From Armatimonadota bacterium (GTDB taxonomy: Bacteria > Armatimonadota > Zipacnadia > UBA1398 > JAKPQA01), in assembly GCA_029547025.1 (NCBI GenBank), contig JAKPQA010000101.1, positions 8,705 through 72,704 on the forward strand: a DNA stretch of 64,000 nt, given 5' to 3'. This document shows positions 60,184-64,000 of this stretch, piece by piece. The position numbers were made by a program, and so were the translations under genes. The notes below the pieces were generated by a model, which saw only the letters and a list, made by a program, of their open reading frames with translations, had not been told where the DNA came from and searched no databases. Positions within the stretch are counted from its first letter, which is position 1; the number at the start of each line of letters is the position of its first letter.

Positions 60184-60852
60184 GTGGCCAGAGTGCCGCA
60201 CCGTCTCGAATGGGTCGTCCTGCTGCTCGGTGCTACCATCATCCTGTCATCGTGCAAGACCGAGACCAAATCGCCGGTGCCCCCCGGGAAGTTGCCTTCG
60301 GGCGCGCCCGCGCCCGTGAGGAACACGGCTGAGGCCCCGGAGGGCGGTTGGTGCGTCGAGGATGGTGCGGGTTCGCGTCTGGTATCGCTCGAACCTCTGG
60401 GTGACGGGTTCAACCTCTGCGGGCCCGAAGGCAAATCGCAGGGCCAAGTCGTGGTCAAGGATGACAAAGTGGAGCTCATGGAGCAGAAGCAGCTCGCTCT
60501 GAAGGTGAAAGCCAAGGATGACGGCTGCAAGCTCCATGATGGTCAGGATCAGGTCCTCATTGAGGTGAAGCGCAAGGACAACGGCTACCTCGTGAAGGAC
60601 GCGGCGGACAAGGAGATCGGGCGCATCAAGGCCAAGGACGCGGGTGCATACAAGATCTATGACGCCGGCGGCGCGGAGATTGGCAAGATCAAGCCCAAGG
60701 ACAGTGGGTTGGAGCTCGAGGACCCGTCAGACAAGCGACTCTATCGCGTCAAGGGGAAGCTCCCCGCCCGGGCCGGCGCGTTCTGGGGCATCCATGGGCT
60801 ATCCGATCAGCAGAAGGTCGCGCTGAGCGTCTACTTCTCCAAGTGGGAGTAG
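60184..60852 (+). CDS. Lipoprotein built from 20-21-aa Lys/Asp-rich tandem repeats (at least 5 copies)
   Basis: GTG start with GGGGGA RBS. Lipobox LLLGATIILSSC. Repeats LALKVKAKDDGCKLHDGQDQ / VLIEVKRKDNGYLVKDAADKE / IGRIKAKDAGAYKIYDAGGAE / IGKIKPKDSGLELEDPSDKR. The upstream 89 aa of the track ORF are rejected. Confidence 0.6.
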   Translation: MARVPHRLEWVVLLLGATIILSSCKTETKSPVPPGKLPSGAPAPVRNTAEAPEGGWCVEDGAGSRLVSLEPLGDGFNLCGPEGKSQGQVVVKDDKVELMEQKQLALKVKAKDDGCKLHDGQDQVLIEVKRKDNGYLVKDAADKEIGRIKAKDAGAYKIYDAGGAEIGKIKPKDSGLELEDPSDKRLYRVKGKLPARAGAFWGIHGLSDQQKVALSVYFSKWE

Positions 60853-60856
60853 GGCC

Positions 60857-61282
60857 ATGGCCAGAGGCTGCGAGGTTGTGTCGGGGTTTCTGATCAAGCA
60901 CGCGTGCGACTATCCGGCGACCGCTCGCTGCCTGGCGTGCGGCAAGCGGGTCTGTGCGGGGCACTCGCGTCCGCTAGACGGCGTCCGAGATGCCGCGGAT
61001 CTGCCGTTCAAGGCGGAACCCGGTGAAGAGGCCGCGGTCTGCGTCGAGTGCGTGAAGGCGCGTGCCGCGCAAGCCCAGCCGGTGGATGCCCGCGCGACGG
61101 GCGATCCGCGCGACTGGTACCGCGATCGGTACTACGACGATCCGTACTTCTGGGGCATGTACCATCATCCGCACTACCACCCCTATTCGGTGTACGACGA
61201 CTACAGCGCGAGTGACCGGGCGGCCTTCGAGCGCGATGGTGACATGGCCGGAGGCTACGAGGGTGACTTCGCGGGGACTTAG
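60857..61282 (+). CDS. Small (141 aa) zinc-ribbon protein with a Tyr/His/Trp/Asp-rich C-terminal tail
   Basis: GGAG RBS. The start is 4 nt after the lipoprotein stop. Cys pairs C25-x2-C28 and C62-x2-C65 plus C5, C17, C33. Tail DWYRDRYYDDPYFWGMYHHPHYHPYSVYDDYSASD. Coding-type G/C third positions. Confidence 0.55.
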   Translation: MARGCEVVSGFLIKHACDYPATARCLACGKRVCAGHSRPLDGVRDAADLPFKAEPGEEAAVCVECVKARAAQAQPVDARATGDPRDWYRDRYYDDPYFWGMYHHPHYHPYSVYDDYSASDRAAFERDGDMAGGYEGDFAGT

Positions 61283-62291
61283 CGGCCCGGCGAACTCCGC
61301 CCCCGTGGTCTACTATGCCCTCGGGGGCGGGCTGGGGCACGTCACTCGCAGTATCGCCATCCTCCGCCAGATGGCGAAGCGTGGGTTGCCGGGCGGGATT
61401 GCCCTCACGAACTCGCCCCATCATGCCCTCTATGCCCGTGAGGGTCTGGTTGCGGCCTCGATCGGCCCGGAGGCGGGCCAGCCAGCTGACGCGCTCGCCC
61501 AGTGGGTCGCAGGGCGACTCGCGCACTGGCTGCCTCAGTTGCTGGTGGTCGATGCCTTTCCGCGTGGGCTTCTCGGCGAGCTCCCGCCGGTGCTTGCGCG
61601 GTTCGCGGGCCGGACCGCCCTCGTTCTCAGGCGCCTGCGTGAGGGCTATGCCCGCGAGTACCGGCTCAGGGAGTTCGTCGCCGCGCACTACGACGTGGTC
61701 CTCGCCGCCGAAGTGCTTCCGGGTGCGCCGTGGGTCAGCCGCACGGGTGCAGCAAGGGACGTCGGGCCCGTGTTGGTCCGCGATGCCGAGGAACTGCGTA
61801 CCCGAGAGGACGCCCGGCGCCGGCTGGGCGCAGCGGCTGACCGAATCCTGGTCGTCGGTGTGGAGTCGGGGCCCGGCGAGCACGCTGGGGCCCTGCACAG
61901 TGTGTTGTCGCGAGTGTGGGAGCGCCTCGGACGGCTCTTTGACCTCAGGCTGGCGGGAGCCGGAGGGGCGGTGAGCCACTATCCCCTCATCGAGCTGCTG
62001 CCCGGAGTCGACGTTGTGGTCGGCGCGGGGGGGTACAACTTGTTCCACGAGTGCCAGGCGGTGGGCGTTCCGGCCGTGTTCGTCCCTCAGCGGCGCCGTT
62101 ACGATGAGCAGTTCGCCCGAGTGGCCGGGGCGACGGTGGCCAGCAGCCCCGAGCACCTCGAGCGCATCCTTGCCTCGCACGTCGCGGCGGGGCCCAGGCT
62201 GCGTCCTGCCCCGCGCTACACCAATGGCGCGGCGTCGGCAGCCGGGGCGCTGCTCGAGCTTCTGGGGGCCAGCGATGCTTCGATCTGCTGA
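61263..62291 (+). CDS. Glycosyltransferase, GT28/MurG-like (GT-B fold, UDP-glycosyltransferase family)
   Basis: The N-terminal YYALGGGLGHVTRSIAI glycine-rich loop is typical of MGT/GT28/GT1 enzymes. C-terminal GYNLFHECQAVGVPAVFVPQ donor-binding region. Start uncertain (GTG 61263 or 61305). Confidence 0.6.
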   Translation: MTSRGLSGPANSAPVVYYALGGGLGHVTRSIAILRQMAKRGLPGGIALTNSPHHALYAREGLVAASIGPEAGQPADALAQWVAGRLAHWLPQLLVVDAFPRGLLGELPPVLARFAGRTALVLRRLREGYAREYRLREFVAAHYDVVLAAEVLPGAPWVSRTGAARDVGPVLVRDAEELRTREDARRRLGAAADRILVVGVESGPGEHAGALHSVLSRVWERLGRLFDLRLAGAGGAVSHYPLIELLPGVDVVVGAGGYNLFHECQAVGVPAVFVPQRRRYDEQFARVAGATVASSPEHLERILASHVAAGPRLRPAPRYTNGAASAAGALLELLGASDASIC

Positions 62292-63304
62292 TTCTCGAGG
62301 ATGAAGTTGTCGCAGTAGCGGCATACTTTGGGGCGGGCGACGCGGAACTGGCCCCGGATGGTTTCGTACGCCTGTCCAGTGAAGACTTCGGCCACCCGCT
62401 GGCCAGCGACATTACCCGTTGGCGGTGTCTTCCCGCGGGCCATGCAGCAGAGGTACACGGCCCCATCCCATGCGATGAACGTATGTAGCCATGGCGCGTA
62501 GCACAGGTGCCGCTTGTAGTACCTCCGGGCGTAACAGCCGTGCTTGGAGAGCTTCCGGTCGGCCTCGGTAGTCCCGAACGGCCACACGAGCAGCTGGGCC
62601 TCGGGGAATCCATAGCGTGTCCGCAGATCCTGCACCTGTGGCGCGATGTACGTGTTGTACTCCTCGATCTCCCCGGCAGAGAGCCGCACACGTCGAGGTC
62701 CGCGTTCATCGACGGGCATGGGATGAACGTCCTGGCATCCCAGCTCGCCGGCCAGTCGCAGTATCTCCGGCAGCCGCGTGTAGTTGCGCCGAGTGAGGAC
62801 CGTGTTGATGCGCAGGCTCACCCGGTGACGCTGCCTTGCGCGCACATCGGCCAGCAGCTCAATGCCACGGAGCGTGGCCTTCAGGGCGCCCCGGCGGCCT
62901 CGGATGCGGTCGTGCAGCCGCGGTTCGGGGCTGTCGACCGAGATTGATACGCTGCGGACGCCGGTGGCAAGGAGCCGCTCCGCGACATCGCGCTGGTTGA
63001 TCAGCGTCCCGTTGGTCGTGAGGTTGGCCCGCATGCCGTGGGCGGTGCAGCATTCGAGCAGCTCGAACACGTCGCTCCGGAGCAGGGGTTCGCCTCCGCT
63101 GAAGTGGATCTTGGCGCAGCCCAGGCTGGCCAGTTCGGCGATGACCTCGCGCCACCGGGCGGTGCCAAGCTCCGGGCAAGCGTTCATCGTCCAGTAGTTG
63201 CAGAAGAGACACCGCAGGTTGCAGCGAGGCGTGAGTTTGATCTTGGCGCATCGGATGAATGTGGGGGGGGCTTCACCGGCCACGGCGGTGCGCAGCTCGC
63301 GCAT
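62216..63304 (-). CDS. Radical SAM enzyme with a C-terminal SPASM/twitch-like Cys cluster
   Basis: CNLRCLFCNYW (Cx3Cx2C). GGEPLL glycine-rich SAM motif. C-terminal CYAPWLHTFIAWDGAVYLCC ... CRYCDNF. Convergent with, and overlapping by 76 nt, the glycosyltransferase. Confidence 0.8.
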   Translation of the reverse strand: MRELRTAVAGEAPPTFIRCAKIKLTPRCNLRCLFCNYWTMNACPELGTARWREVIAELASLGCAKIHFSGGEPLLRSDVFELLECCTAHGMRANLTTNGTLINQRDVAERLLATGVRSVSISVDSPEPRLHDRIRGRRGALKATLRGIELLADVRARQRHRVSLRINTVLTRRNYTRLPEILRLAGELGCQDVHPMPVDERGPRRVRLSAGEIEEYNTYIAPQVQDLRTRYGFPEAQLLVWPFGTTEADRKLSKHGCYARRYYKRHLCYAPWLHTFIAWDGAVYLCCMARGKTPPTGNVAGQRVAEVFTGQAYETIRGQFRVARPKVCRYCDNFILENQQIEASLAPRSSSSAPAADAAPLV

Positions 63305-63346
63305 TCGGCCGGGGTCGCTAGCGAGCTCAGGGATGTTGTGAATGGC

Positions 63347-63988
63347 CTACGCCCCCTGGACCGGCTGCGGCCGCGCCGGAGCCAGCAGTTGGTAGGCCAG
63401 CGAGACCGCGCTCAATAGCAGTTCCGGCTGAGCGTTGCCGTTCGCTACCAGGTCCACGGCCAATGTGGGCCGAGGGCCGGGCAGGATGCGGGCCCGGCGA
63501 ACCGTCAGGTCGGCGCCGGTGGGGGCTGTCATCATGCCGGTGGGGTCGAGAGCCGCATGGTTCGGGTAGGCCACCGGGTTCAGCCGAACCTTCACGTGGA
63601 TCTCCTCGGCGATCCGTGTGCCGCGGGATCGCCATGAGCCCTTCTTGTACTTGAACTTCCGGTGCTCCGTGCGCTCAACGGTGACGACCAGGTCATTCCC
63701 GTCGGCCAGATCGGTTCTGACATCGAGCCAGTTGCCCTGCAGGGTGTCCACTCGTCGGGGAACGAGGATGTTGCCTGTCTTGCGGCGATCGACGAGGCGC
63801 AGGTTGCCGTCGGTGACCGTGATCTGGCATTTGCCCTTACGGGGCACATCCTGGGCTAGCACGGCCATGAAGGCAGCCGCCGAGGTGATCTTGCGGTCCT
63901 CGAAGTTCAGCCGCGCCTCACGCGAGTACATCACGATGCAATGGATCAGGGCGGCGAGCGCCATCGGTATCAATAGGCAGAGGTACAC
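63347..63988 (-). CDS. Membrane-anchored hypothetical protein (N-terminal TM helix). Possibly truncated at the window edge.
   Basis: 213 aa. MYLCLLIPMALAALIHCIVMY TM segment, then a soluble beta-rich domain. It lies 43 nt upstream of the rSAM/SPASM gene on the same strand. Confidence 0.4.
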   Translation of the reverse strand: MYLCLLIPMALAALIHCIVMYSREARLNFEDRKITSAAAFMAVLAQDVPRKGKCQITVTDGNLRLVDRRKTGNILVPRRVDTLQGNWLDVRTDLADGNDLVVTVERTEHRKFKYKKGSWRSRGTRIAEEIHVKVRLNPVAYPNHAALDPTGMMTAPTGADLTVRRARILPGPRPTLAVDLVANGNAQPELLLSAVSLAYQLLAPARPQPVQGA

Positions 63989-64000
63989 CGACAGGCCTAG

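Noticed and set aside
1-64000. CRISPR arrays, IS elements, integrases, rRNA/tRNA genes
   Set aside because: No regularly spaced direct repeats and no transposase-, integrase- or RT-like ORFs were seen on reading the sequence and ORF track. No rRNA- or tRNA-like structures were found beyond the rejected T-loop motif.

Overview
The window is about 69-70% GC and almost entirely coding. It looks like a chromosomal region from a diderm (Gram-negative-type) bacterium: it has Kdo-pathway kpsF, several lipobox signal peptides and a MacAB-like efflux pump. I supported about 45 CDSs. No rRNA, tRNA, CRISPR array, IS element or transposase was seen, and no recognisable transcription factor lies anywhere in the 64 kb.

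The content falls into four groups:
- Housekeeping genes: rarA, DUF1385-prfA-prmC, an MsbA-like ABC exporter, galU, kpsF-HAD-mltG and an SPFH/flotillin protein.
- A bpsA-speH polyamine operon (branched-chain polyamine synthase plus AdoMet decarboxylase). This operon is best known from thermophiles. It is directly fused to a standalone DUF2156 gene, the C-terminal domain family of lysyl-phosphatidylglycerol synthase.
- A very dense carbohydrate-active enzyme island (about 10.3-29.9 kb, with more glycoside hydrolases scattered through 40-57 kb). It includes GH2, GxGYxYP, GH38-like, GH5, a pectin-lyase-fold protein, GH116, a GHL10/ThuA fusion, a GH36-like protein, beta-propeller glycoside hydrolases and CBM9-like giant proteins. 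There are no SusCD-type transporter genes, which fits a PVC/Armatimonadota-like lifestyle rather than Bacteroidota. That lineage call is an inference only.
- A terminal cluster (60.1-64 kb): a tandem-repeat lipoprotein, a small zinc-ribbon protein with a Tyr/His/Trp-rich tail, a GT28-like glycosyltransferase, and a convergent radical SAM/SPASM enzyme. This could be a RiPP-like or glycosylation system.

The most striking non-coding feature is a perfect 27-bp inverted repeat at 17621-17823. Each arm embeds the palindrome GTGACAGTCAC. It sits between the divergent GH2 and GxGYxYP genes and could be a MITE-like element or a paired operator.

Other oddities: a PFL-AE/AmmeMemoRadiSam-type radical SAM enzyme with an apparent Tat/lipobox N-terminal extension and no AMMECR1/Memo partners; a sulfatase with a non-canonical C-x-Q-x-R active-site motif and no signal peptide; and a secreted protein with two discoidin domains joined by long Pro/Thr/Ala-rich linkers.

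Many long six-frame ORFs in the track are Arg-rich antisense artefacts of high-GC genes and were rejected. All start sites and family calls come from reading motifs by eye and should be confirmed with HMM searches.
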